Notes: generated by a model from the letters alone, not told the origin. A stretch of 53,542 bases of DNA from Candidatus Sulfomarinibacter kjeldsenii (GCA_014764485.1 JACXWA010000062.1:1-53542); one strand, 5' to 3'. Numbered from the stretch's first letter, positions 45,274 to 53,542 are shown. Program-made: numbers and translations.

Positions 45274-46332
45274 ATGGGACAGACAGCGACGATTTCCAAC
45301 GGCGCCCTTGCCGAGGCGTTGTTTATGCTTGCGGACGCCGAACCGCCCGGCGACAGGCGCCTGGCTCTGTTGCGCGCCGGCTATGCCGCCTTCGACGCGC
45401 CTGGAAAAGCACGTCGAGACCTGCTGCGAGAAGCGCCGCACTGGCTCAAACCTCTGATATCGCAACTCATAGCCTGCCGCGGTGAAGACGCGTTGCAGGC
45501 TGCAGTCCAACGCCTTCAGGGCGGTGAGAACTCTCGTCGTCGGCCCGCGCGTCAGGGCTATCTCAGCCGTGCTGAGATGACCGAGGTTCTCAAATCCGGA
45601 CCCGAGGATCTCCATCCTCAACGGCTGCGGGGGGCCTGTCATTGGCACACAAGGCACTCAGACGGCAAGGCGTCGCTCGAGACCATGGCCCGGGCGTGTG
45701 GTCGCCGCGGCTACGCCTGGTCGATGGTCACCGACCACTCACGCGGGCTCGAGGTCGCGTCGGGGCTCGACCGGGAAGGAGTCCGTCTCCAGCGCCGGCG
45801 AGTTGAGCGGTGGAATGATCAGCACGGCGAGGAACACCGCCTTTTCCAGGGGCTCGAGGTCGAGGTCCTGGCCGACGGCACCCTAGATGTACCGAAGGGT
45901 GAGCGTCTCGAGATCGACTGCGTGGTCGCGGCCGTCCACAGTCAATTCGATCCGGACCGTGATCAGACCGAACGCCTTCTGCGCACCATCCAGACGCCCG
46001 AAGTGCACCTACTCGCCCACCCCCGCGGTCGTCACTTCCACCATCGTCCTGGCCTCAAGGCGCGTTGGGAGACCGTGTTTTCGGCCTGCGCAGACGCAGG
46101 CGTTGCAATCGAGATCAACGGATTTCCACGTCGTCAGGACCTCGACGCAGACCTTGCCCGCCTGGCTGTCGAAAAGGGCTGCGAGGTCATTCTCTCCTCG
46201 GACGCCCACGCCGTGCCGCACCTCGAATTCGATGCCTACGCCTCGGCAATCGCCATGCGCGCCGAAGTCCCCCGCGAACGGATCCTCAATGTCCTCCACG
46301 CCGACGAGTTCGAGGTTTGGCTGAAAAGGTAG
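45274..46332 (+). CDS. PHP-domain phosphoesterase (PolX C-terminal-like)
   Basis: ORF 44872..46332 trimmed to ATG 45274 (MGQTATISNGALAEAL). CHWHTRHSDG, MVTDHS, AAVHSQF, LAHPRGR and SSDAH metal-binding motifs. Confidence 0.75.
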   Translation: MGQTATISNGALAEALFMLADAEPPGDRRLALLRAGYAAFDAPGKARRDLLREAPHWLKPLISQLIACRGEDALQAAVQRLQGGENSRRRPARQGYLSRAEMTEVLKSGPEDLHPQRLRGACHWHTRHSDGKASLETMARACGRRGYAWSMVTDHSRGLEVASGLDREGVRLQRRRVERWNDQHGEEHRLFQGLEVEVLADGTLDVPKGERLEIDCVVAAVHSQFDPDRDQTERLLRTIQTPEVHLLAHPRGRHFHHRPGLKARWETVFSACADAGVAIEINGFPRRQDLDADLARLAVEKGCEVILSSDAHAVPHLEFDAYASAIAMRAEVPRERILNVLHADEFEVWLKR

Positions 46333-46379
46333 CGAAGTAGGTGCCCCTCTTCTGAAGCGCTTCTCATTGGGGCGAGGCG

Positions 46380-46461
46380 GGTGCCACCCTTCGCATTGTT
46401 TGAATTCGTTGCGTTTGACCCTGGCAGCGCCATCCCGGCAAACAATGCGAAGAGTGGCACC
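46380..46461. repeat. 23-bp near-perfect inverted repeat (stem-loop) between convergent genes
   Basis: GGTGCCACCCTTCGCATTGTTTG (46380-46402) and CAAACAATGCGAAGAGTGGCACC (46439-46461). 22 of 23 positions are complementary, with a 36-nt loop. Confidence 0.8.
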
Positions 46462-46488
46462 TGTGTCGACGACGCAGCTACGCGCGCC

Positions 46489-46911
46489 TCACCGGGAGGA
46501 GTTGATAACTGCCTCAACCTCAACCAGCGTTGTCTCTTCGAGTCGAGCCCGGAGCATGGTGTTCGCCTCGAGAACAATCCGGCCCAGAATGCAGTTGTCA
46601 CCGTCACAGATGGCGGAGCTGAGCAGACATTGGTTCGGCTCGAATGGTCCTTCAATGGCTTCGAAGATTTCCAAGAGCGTGACTGACTCCGGAGGTCGAG
46701 TGAGGATAAAGCCTCCGTGAGGACCGCGTAAAGATCGTAGAAGCCCGACCTTTACCATTCTTTGCAGCACTTTTGCGAGATGCGCTTCAGAAATTTCAAA
46801 CCGCCTTGCGATCTCACGCGATGTGATCGGTCCATCCTCATCGTTGGCTAGGTATCCAAGGGCGTGCATGGCCAATGAGGAAGCTTCCGATATCTTGAGC
46901 GCACACGGCAT
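46489..46911 (-). CDS. Rrf2-family transcriptional regulator with three C-terminal Cys (Fe-S type)
   Basis: ATG 46911 (GGAG RBS). MPCALKISEASSLAMHALGYL..., wHTH ITSREIARRFEISEAHLAKVLQRMVKVGLLRSLRGPHGGF, and Cys cluster C-x6-C-x4-C (NQCLLSSAICDGDNC). Confidence 0.85.
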   Translation of the reverse strand: MPCALKISEASSLAMHALGYLANDEDGPITSREIARRFEISEAHLAKVLQRMVKVGLLRSLRGPHGGFILTRPPESVTLLEIFEAIEGPFEPNQCLLSSAICDGDNCILGRIVLEANTMLRARLEETTLVEVEAVINSSR

Positions 46912-46966
46912 CTTGATAACTCCGGTTGTTGAATGTGTCGCGGGTTTCGGCACCGGACGGCACCGG

Positions 46967-46995
46967 CCTTGACCTCGGTCAAGGATACCTTGACC
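46967..46995. promoter_or_regulatory. Candidate operator in the Rrf2 / operon divergent region
   Basis: Palindrome CCTTGAC-CTCG-GTCAAGG (46967-46984) followed by a third half-site CCTTGACC (46988-46995). Confidence 0.35.
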
Positions 46996-47120
46996 ACATT
47001 CAGGCTATTCAGTATTGTAATGCCGAAATTCGGGTTTCAATTCCGAGAGTCCAGCGGAACGGTAGGAGGCATGACGAAAACAATGGTCGCCGAAACCGTC
47101 AACCGAAAGAGTCATCGTTC

Positions 47121-48971
47121 GTGAACGAAGCTGACTCTATCGCCGAAGGACGCTTTGAAGACGCCTTTTTGATCGCACGCGCTCCCAACCCGTTGGCCTC
47201 GGTCTGCGGTCGGATCTGTTCCGCGCCGTGTGAGGATGCGTGCCGACGGGCATGGGTCGATGAGGCAGTCACCATCCGACCCCTCAAGCGATTCGTCACC
47301 GAACAATTTGGGGCCGAGTCGGCACGCCCGGATTTCTTCAAGCTCTTGATGTCCGACCCGCAGCAGACGTCTGACGCAGCCGATGACGCAGGCTGCCGGC
47401 GGCTTTGGCACGTGGATCAGCTGAGCAGGGACACATCCCTCGCCGGCACACGTTCCCAGAGGGTGGCTGTGATCGGAAGCGGCCCCGCCGGGCTGGGATG
47501 CGCTCACGATCTGGCGTTGATGGGCTTTGACGTCACCGTCTTCGAGGCCCTGCCGGAGCTCGGCGGCATGCTGCGATATGGAATCCCCGAGTATCGCTTA
47601 CCCCGGGGCGTGATCGATCGGGAGGTCGCCGCAATTGAAAAACTTGGCGTCACCTTCCTGACCAACAAACCGATTACCAGCGAATATGGCCTCCGGGAAC
47701 TCCGGGCAGAAGGGTATGAGGCGTTCTTCCTGTCGGTGGGTGCCATGCGCGGACGCGATCTGAGAATCGAGGGATCCGACAAGGACGGGGTCGTCAAAGC
47801 CGTAGACTACCTCCTCAACCTCAACCGCGGCTACCGCGTCGATCTCGGCGAACGAGTCGTGATCATCGGCGGTGGATCGGTAGCTCTCGACGCCGCGCGC
47901 ACCGCGGTTCGTGAGTTCTACCAACCCATGGACGAGATCGAGCTCACTGCCAAAGCGGTAGCGAACCAACCAGCTATGGACGCCGCCCGCGGGGCGTTGC
48001 GTGGTGGTGCGAGCGAGGTCCACGTCATTTCACTCGAATCCCTCGATGAACTCCCCGCCGCTCAGACAGTGCAGGGGAAGGATGAGCTCGACGAGGCCCT
48101 CGAAGAGGGAATTCAGCTCCACCTGGGGTGGGGACCGAAGAAGATCACAGGCAACGGCGGCGTCGAGGGCATCGAGTTTGTCGGGGTCGAGAGGGTCTTC
48201 GACGACGAGGGCCGCTTCAATCCCTTGTTTGACGACAGTCGCACATTAGCTCTCGATGCCGACTCGGTGATTTTGGCGATCGGCCAGCAACCCGATTTCA
48301 GCTTTCTCTCGGACGAGGACGGAATCGAGCTCAGCCCAACAGGAACCGTCAAGATCGACCCAGAGACCCTGGCGACCACTGCGGATGGCGTTTTCGCGGG
48401 AGGGGACGCCGCCTTCGGTCCGCGCATCGCCATCGAGGCGGTGGCGAACGGCAAGCAAGCCGCACGTTCAATCCATGAGTACCTCACCGGATCTCCGGCC
48501 GCAATCAGGATGCAGGTTGAAATCGAGAAGATTCCCGCCGACGTGTACTGGATGCCCGAGGCTTACGAAAAGAAGATGCGGCGTTCCGCTCCGACCGTCT
48601 CCGCAGGGCGGCGGACCGGGATCACCGAGGTCGAAGAAGTGATGTCGCCCGAGCAGGCCCTGAATCAGGCAGAACGATGCCTGTCCTGCCATGTAGACAC
48701 CATCTACGACCCGCACCGGTGCGTTCTGTGCAACCGTTGTGCGGACGTCTGCCCGGAAAAATGCCTGACCTTCGTTCCTCTCGAGCAGGTGGACATGCCT
48801 ACGGAGCAGCTCGAGGTCGCCCTCGAAACCTACGGACACGACCGCAACCGGCCGATGACAGTCCTTTTGAAAGACGACACCGTCTGCATTCGCTGCGGTC
48901 TCTGCGCGGCGCGTTGTCCAACGGAGGCGATGACCATGGAACGGTTCAACTTCATCGAGTCAACGGGGTGA
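47121..48971 (+). CDS. GltD-like NAD(P)H-dependent flavin oxidoreductase fused to a C-terminal 2x[4Fe-4S] ferredoxin domain
   Basis: ORF 46926..48971. Start uncertain, and GTG 47121 is chosen. NPLASVCGRICSAPCEDAC, Rossmann VAVIGSGPAGLGCAHDL, GGMLRYGIPEYRLP, IIGGGSVALDAART, then CVLCNRCADVCP and CIRCGLCAARCP. Confidence 0.8.
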   Translation: MNEADSIAEGRFEDAFLIARAPNPLASVCGRICSAPCEDACRRAWVDEAVTIRPLKRFVTEQFGAESARPDFFKLLMSDPQQTSDAADDAGCRRLWHVDQLSRDTSLAGTRSQRVAVIGSGPAGLGCAHDLALMGFDVTVFEALPELGGMLRYGIPEYRLPRGVIDREVAAIEKLGVTFLTNKPITSEYGLRELRAEGYEAFFLSVGAMRGRDLRIEGSDKDGVVKAVDYLLNLNRGYRVDLGERVVIIGGGSVALDAARTAVREFYQPMDEIELTAKAVANQPAMDAARGALRGGASEVHVISLESLDELPAAQTVQGKDELDEALEEGIQLHLGWGPKKITGNGGVEGIEFVGVERVFDDEGRFNPLFDDSRTLALDADSVILAIGQQPDFSFLSDEDGIELSPTGTVKIDPETLATTADGVFAGGDAAFGPRIAIEAVANGKQAARSIHEYLTGSPAAIRMQVEIEKIPADVYWMPEAYEKKMRRSAPTVSAGRRTGITEVEEVMSPEQALNQAERCLSCHVDTIYDPHRCVLCNRCADVCPEKCLTFVPLEQVDMPTEQLEVALETYGHDRNRPMTVLLKDDTVCIRCGLCAARCPTEAMTMERFNFIESTG

Positions 48972-48976
48972 GAACA

Positions 48977-49525
48977 GTGGCATCAAACACAATCCAAAAC
49001 GAAACAGGGGTCTCCTCCGAAGCCGGCACGGATCCGACGCGTCGGGGTTTTCTGGGGCGCCTGACGGCGGCGGTTGCAGCCGTCGGAGCCCTGGTGGCGG
49101 GATGGCCGCTGCTGCGATCGCTGGTGCCGAATGTCCTCTACGAACCACCGAAGAGATTCCGCATCGGCGCTCCCGAGAACTTTCAGGAGGGCGTCACCTT
49201 CCTGGAAGAGCATCGGCTCTTCCTGTTCCGCGACAGCTCGAACTATCACGCCGTTTCGGGGATCTGCACTCACCTCGGCTGCACCGTGAAGTTCTCCCCG
49301 TTCACCCTGCCCCAGGAGGAGACGGTCCGCGAGTTCACCTACCGCGCCCTGGGCGAGTTCCACTGCCCGTGTCACGGCTCGAGGTTCAGGGGCGAAGGAA
49401 CCAACTACGCGGGCCCCGCACCGCGGCCTCTCAAGTGCTTCCACCTAGAAGTTTCACGCGCAACTGGAGAGTTGGTGGTTGATGTGGCGACCGAGGTCTC
49501 GCGCGACTTCAGACTGGTGGTATAG
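48977..49525 (+). CDS. Rieske [2Fe-2S] subunit with Tat-like signal
   Basis: GTG 48977. TRRGFLGRLTAAVAAVGAL. CTHLGC and CPCHGS cluster-binding boxes. Confidence 0.88.
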   Translation: MASNTIQNETGVSSEAGTDPTRRGFLGRLTAAVAAVGALVAGWPLLRSLVPNVLYEPPKRFRIGAPENFQEGVTFLEEHRLFLFRDSSNYHAVSGICTHLGCTVKFSPFTLPQEETVREFTYRALGEFHCPCHGSRFRGEGTNYAGPAPRPLKCFHLEVSRATGELVVDVATEVSRDFRLVV

Positions 49526-51022
49526 ATGATCCTCTCCAAAATCACCGGTGTCTGGCAGAAACTCACCTGGTCGTGGCGGCCGGAGTCCAACCGCGAGGCC
49601 GGCAGCGGAATCGTCGCCAACTTCCTACTCCACTGGTTTCCGAATCGAATCTCTCTTCGCAGCCTCGCTTTCCCCGCTTCGTTCTATCTCGGCACCATCA
49701 CCTTTGTCGTCTTTCTGGTCCTGACTGTCACCGGGGTGATTCTGATGTTTTTGTATGTGCCTTCAGTAGAACGCGCTTACTGGAGTCTCAAAGACCTCGA
49801 CCACGCGGTGAGCTTTGGATGGCTCCTCAGACGGTTGCATCGGATCTCCGCCCACCTCATGGTGGCCTTGGTCTTCCTCCACATGTTCCGGGTCTTTCTC
49901 ACCGGCTCGTACAAAGCCGGCGAGATCGTCAAGTCCGCGCGCCCATTCAATTGGGTGCTCGGAGTCACACTGCTGGTGCTGACGCTCCTCCTCAGCTTCA
50001 CCGGTTACCTGCTGCCGTGGGACCAGCTCGCATTCTGGGCGATCACGGTCGGAACCAACATTGCGGCTGCCGTTCCATATGTGGGCGAAACCATTCGGCA
50101 GTTCCTGCTCGGCGGCACGATCATCGGCCAACCGACCCTGATCCGATTCTACGTCCTCCACTGTGCCCTCCTGCCATTGGTCCTCTTTGGGGTGGCGGCC
50201 TGGCACATGTGGCGCATCCGCAAGGATGGCGGCCTCGCGATTGTCGAGCAGGACCGCCAGGAGGCGCTTGCCCGGGAACCCCAGGCACCCAAGAAGAGCA
50301 AGACCTACAGCGTTCTCGGCATCGCCAGCGGAACCACCGTCCAGGTCAACGATCCGACCACTCTCAACGAGGAAAACTCGGTGCCGTCGACGCCATTCCT
50401 CACCGTCCGAATCCTGCTCGTCACCCTTCTGACAGTGGCCGTCTCGATCGGTCTGTCGCTCGTTGTTCACGCACCCCTCGAGGCTGCTGCAAACCCGGAG
50501 GTCACCCCCAACCCCGCAAAGGCGCCGTGGTACTTTCTCGGGCTTCAGGAAATGGTCGGTTACTCCGCCCTCATGGGCGGCGTTATCGTTCCGACCATTG
50601 TCATCCTCGGCCTGATGCTGATTCCCTTTCTCGATCGCGAGCAGAAGGGGATCGGCTTCTGGTTTACCGACGGCCCCGGGAGGAAATGGGGTGTCTTCGG
50701 TTTCGTCTATGGGCTGGTGACGACCTGCGGTTGTCTGGCGATGGCGCTCCTCGCTCCCATGCGCAGCATTTTCCCGACCATCGAGAGCCAGTTTTTCTTC
50801 GATCTCGTGAACCCTGCGACATTCCTCCTTCTTCTCTTTGCAGGCATGTATTTCGTGGTCCTGAAGAAGACCGCTTCGACGCGCTATGCGGCGATCGCCA
50901 CCTTCTGCGCGTTCATCATTGCGTTCGTCATTCTGACCTACACCGGGACGGCCCTGCGTGGGCCCAACTGGGATTTCTTCTGGCCCTGGCAGGCGTGGCC
51001 GGTTCACCCGACGGCGCTGTGA
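49526..51022 (+). CDS. Cytochrome b (fused b6 / subunit IV-type)
   Basis: 498 aa. [21 protein letters not shown] (bis-His helix), [24 protein letters not shown] (PEWY-like). Confidence 0.88.
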   Translation: MILSKITGVWQKLTWSWRPESNREAGSGIVANFLLHWFPNRISLRSLAFPASFYLGTITFVVFLVLTVTGVILMFLYVPSVERAYWSLKDLDHAVSFGWLLRRLHRISAHLMVALVFLHMFRVFLTGSYKAGEIVKSARPFNWVLGVTLLVLTLLLSFTGYLLPWDQLAFWAITVGTNIAAAVPYVGETIRQFLLGGTIIGQPTLIRFYVLHCALLPLVLFGVAAWHMWRIRKDGGLAIVEQDRQEALAREPQAPKKSKTYSVLGIASGTTVQVNDPTTLNEENSVPSTPFLTVRILLVTLLTVAVSIGLSLVVHAPLEAAANPEVTPNPAKAPWYFLGLQEMVGYSALMGGVIVPTIVILGLMLIPFLDREQKGIGFWFTDGPGRKWGVFGFVYGLVTTCGCLAMALLAPMRSIFPTIESQFFFDLVNPATFLLLLFAGMYFVVLKKTASTRYAAIATFCAFIIAFVILTYTGTALRGPNWDFFWPWQAWPVHPTAL

Positions 51023-51029
51023 GGTACCG

Positions 51030-52253
51030 ATGATCAAAAAGATTTCTCAGCGCGAGATCCTGCTGGTGCTCATCGCCGCAGTGGCAGTCCTTGCGGTCGG
51101 CATCGCGGCGATTGTTTACGACACCGCACCGGAGTGGAAGTACTACCAGTCCGAGTTCGGCGCGATCGTCGCCGAAACGTTCGCTGAAGTCGATCCTGCG
51201 ACTCTACCGTCCGGGATCCAACAAGTCTGGGTCGAGAAACTCGACCGTGTCGACCGTTGCACCACCTGTCACCTCGGCGTCACCTGGCGCGGTCTCGAGG
51301 GCGTCGAGCAACCGTGGACCACTCACCCCATGCCGGAGATCTTCGACAACCACCCGATCGAGGACTTCGGTTGCACGGTGTGCCACGGCGGGCAGGGATT
51401 TGCGCTCGCCGAGTACGACGCCCACGGTTTCGTCAAGCACTGGGAGGAGCCTCTCCTTTCAGACATCGCGGGATCCGAGTACGACCCTCGCAACCCGCCG
51501 CCCCTGTATGAGGTCCAGTGCAACTTCTGTCACCGCTATGAGCGTTCGACCGACGGCACGCCGTACATCAACCAGGCCAAGGAGTTCGTGCGCACCAAAG
51601 GCTGCAAGATCTGCCACGTCATCAATGGTGACGGTGGCAAGCTCGGACCGGATCTGACACGGGAGGGCGACAAGCACGCCGAAGGCTTCGATTTCTCGAA
51701 TCTGGTCTCCGATCAGATAACTGTCTTCAACTGGCACATCAAACACTTCCAATCGCCACCGACCATCGTGCCTGGATCGATCATGCCCGAGATGAACTTC
51801 CAGTCGCACGAAGCTCAGGCTCTCGCCATGCTGGTCATGAGCTGGCGCGACGACGAGGACCTGCCCCGCGCCTACTTGCCGGGAGTCGAGCTCAAGGATG
51901 AGATGACACCCGAAGAGGTCGAGAGGGACCGTCGCATGCGCGAGGGTGACGGCGCCTTCTTCGTCAAGCACAACTGCTTCGTGTGCCACAGCATCAAGGC
52001 GTATGACATTCAATCTCCGACCGACAAGGGGCCCGATCTGTCGCTGGCTCCGGACGACGTCCGCGCCCGCTTCAACAAAACGGTCGAAGAATTCCTCTTC
52101 GATCCGACCGGCACCATGAAGATCATCCTCGAGAGTCAGATCGTTCTCTCCGACGAAGAAAAATGGCAGGCCGTCGAAAAGATCATGAAGGCCTACGACA
52201 TCGTCAAAAACCGGGCCGTGGAGGCCGAGGCCACCGCGGCGAGCGGGCCATAG
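51030..52253 (+). CDS. Membrane-anchored multihaem c-type cytochrome (five CxxCH)
   Basis: ATG 51030 with an N-terminal TM helix. CTTCH, CTVCH, CNFCH, CKICH and CFVCH. The last two lie in class I cytochrome c-like contexts (…GPDL…). Confidence 0.85.
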   Translation: MIKKISQREILLVLIAAVAVLAVGIAAIVYDTAPEWKYYQSEFGAIVAETFAEVDPATLPSGIQQVWVEKLDRVDRCTTCHLGVTWRGLEGVEQPWTTHPMPEIFDNHPIEDFGCTVCHGGQGFALAEYDAHGFVKHWEEPLLSDIAGSEYDPRNPPPLYEVQCNFCHRYERSTDGTPYINQAKEFVRTKGCKICHVINGDGGKLGPDLTREGDKHAEGFDFSNLVSDQITVFNWHIKHFQSPPTIVPGSIMPEMNFQSHEAQALAMLVMSWRDDEDLPRAYLPGVELKDEMTPEEVERDRRMREGDGAFFVKHNCFVCHSIKAYDIQSPTDKGPDLSLAPDDVRARFNKTVEEFLFDPTGTMKIILESQIVLSDEEKWQAVEKIMKAYDIVKNRAVEAEATAASGP

Positions 52254-52280
52254 AACCGCACAACAAGGAGGAGGCATCAA

Positions 52281-53542
52281 ATGAACAAGAAGACAATCTT
52301 TCGACTGACGGTCGCGTTGCTCGTCGTCGGGCTCTTTGTCGGGCTCGCGGCTTGCGGCAAAAAACCGCCGCAACGTCGCGGCGCGCGCGCCGGCGGAGGA
52401 GGAACATCCGATCTGGCGAGCGCGGCTCTGGCAACCTATGTCGCTCCGGGCGACCTCGACGAGTACTACCTCTTTTACTCGGGTGGTCACAGCGGCCAGA
52501 TCTTTGTCGCCGGCATCCCGTCGATGCGCCACATCGCAACGATCCCGGTCTTCACGCCGTACCCCGGTACCGGCTTCGGTTTCGACGACGAGACCAAGGA
52601 AATGCTTGGTGAATACTCGTGGGGTGACTCCCACCATCCGGGTCTCTCTGAGACCGGCGGTGAGTACGATGGTCGGTGGTTGTTCATCAACGACAACGCC
52701 AACGGCCGGATAGCACGGATCGACCTCAAGGACTTCAAGACCAAACAGATCCTGACCATCCCCAATATTTCGGCCAACCACGGCAGTTCTTTCGTCACCC
52801 AGAACTCTGAATATGTGACCATGGCGACCAGGATGTCGGTTCCGTTTCCTGAGGGCAGATATGCCGACGTCACCGAGTACGCCACCGAGTACAACGGGAT
52901 CGTCGCGGGCATTAAGATCGATCCCGACGACGGAAACCTGAGCTTGGGATGGGAGGTCCTGGTACCGCCATTCAACTACGACCTCGGCGACGCCGGAAAG
53001 GGCCCCTCGGACGGATTCCTCTTCTGGACCTGCTACAACTCCGAACGCGAGTTCATCGAAGGCGGCAAACTCGAGGTGACCGCCTCTCAGAAGGACAAGG
53101 ATTACATCTTGATCGTGGACTGGCGTGAGGCCGACAAGGCCATTGCCGCCGGCAAATTCAAGACCGTCACGGGAGCACCGGTCATCGATCCCGCGGCCGC
53201 TCCGGGCGTGGCCTACTTCATGCCACTCGCCAAATCGCCACACGGAGTCGACGTCGACCCCAGCGGTCGTTGGATCATCGGCTCGGGCAAGCTTTCACCG
53301 ACGACCACCGTGTATGACATCGAAAAGATCAAGACCGCGATCGCCAACAAGGACTTCGAGGAGACCATCGACGGCATCCCGGTGCTGACCTACAGCTCGG
53401 TGCGTGAGGCCGAGATCCCGGTCGGACTCGGTCCGCTCCACACCCAGTTCGACGGCAAGGGCTACGCCTATACGTCGCTCTTTGTCGAGAGCGCGGTCGC
53501 GAAGTGGAAGCTCCCGCCGTACGAGGCCGGCGCCGACATGAA
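52281..53542 (+). CDS. nosZ: Nitrous-oxide reductase, clade II type (N-terminal ~420 codons; continues beyond the window)
   Basis: Not in the ORF track because there is no stop in the window. ATG 52281 follows AAGGAGGAGG. Lipoprotein-type signal MNKKTIFRLTVALLVVGLFVGLAAC with no twin-Arg. DLDEYYLFYSGGHSGQIFVAGIPSMRHIATIPVF, WGDSHHPGLSE, AKSPHGVDVDPSGRW. Confidence 0.85.
   Translation, partial: MNKKTIFRLTVALLVVGLFVGLAACGKKPPQRRGARAGGGGTSDLASAALATYVAPGDLDEYYLFYSGGHSGQIFVAGIPSMRHIATIPVFTPYPGTGFGFDDETKEMLGEYSWGDSHHPGLSETGGEYDGRWLFINDNANGRIARIDLKDFKTKQILTIPNISANHGSSFVTQNSEYVTMATRMSVPFPEGRYADVTEYATEYNGIVAGIKIDPDDGNLSLGWEVLVPPFNYDLGDAGKGPSDGFLFWTCYNSEREFIEGGKLEVTASQKDKDYILIVDWREADKAIAAGKFKTVTGAPVIDPAAAPGVAYFMPLAKSPHGVDVDPSGRWIIGSGKLSPTTTVYDIEKIKTAIANKDFEETIDGIPVLTYSSVREAEIPVGLGPLHTQFDGKGYAYTSLFVESAVAKWKLPPYEAGADM

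Noticed and set aside
46455-46475. Second sigma-54 promoter (TGGCAC at about 46455-46460)
   Set aside because: The TGGCAC lies inside the right arm of the 23-bp inverted repeat and is followed by CTGTG-TCGA, with no TTGC/GC at -12.
49573-51037. 486-aa plus-strand ORF (49573..51033) and 424-aa minus-strand ORF (49763..51037) overlapping cytochrome b
   Set aside because: Both are alternative frames of the cytochrome b gene. Their translations are Arg/Pro/Gly-rich low-complexity sequence, whereas the 49526..51022 frame has the bis-His helices and PEWY-like motif.
51459-53243. 594-aa minus-strand ORF overlapping the multihaem cytochrome and nosZ genes
   Set aside because: It is antisense to two genes with unmistakable motifs (CxxCH x5; NosZ GDSHHP). 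The translation is Arg/Gly/Val-rich with no recognisable domain. This is a typical shadow ORF in GC-rich DNA.

Overview
GC-rich bacterial chromosomal segment from a diderm lineage (BamD present, clade II NosZ, one sigma-54 promoter-like site). It is densely packed with housekeeping genes. Positions 1-18006 are mostly minus-strand: pheT-pheS-rplT-rpmI-thrS, two tRNA-Val, aspS-hisS, tsaC-recN, folD-ubiE-rdgB, and an FHA-GAF-adenylate cyclase. Positions 18006-27310 are all plus-strand: truA, uppS-cdsA-dxr-rseP, a standalone PASTA protein, rpe-bamD, a LysM protein, tadA, two tRNA-Ser, and an SRP (4.5S) RNA that the ORF track cannot show. The rest is mixed: a glycosyltransferase, selB, a CYTH-nucleotidyltransferase pair, a pseudopilin with comEA, ubiX with a UbiA-family gene, a deoxynucleoside kinase, serS, and glnA. 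Two clusters look less ordinary. The first is a sigma-54-promoter-led cluster encoding a cytidylate-kinase-like/BON/CBS protein, a DASS transporter, a beta-carbonic anhydrase and a PHP protein. The second is an Rrf2-flanked operon joining a GltD-like flavoprotein-ferredoxin fusion, a Rieske protein, cytochrome b and a five-haem cytochrome c directly upstream of a partial clade II nosZ. Other observations: (i) three, possibly four, otherwise intact genes (thrS, glnA, a CK-like paralog, maybe the GltD-like gene) each carry an internal deletion plus frameshift. (ii) A phased array of DnaA-box-like 9-mers sits upstream of hisS. (iii) Several intergenic hairpins have arms built from tandem 7-9-mers, and two copies share a CACCCTCCC core. 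No CRISPR array, transposase, integrase or recognisable defence genes were seen. All calls come from reading the sequence and ORF translations by eye; no searches were run.
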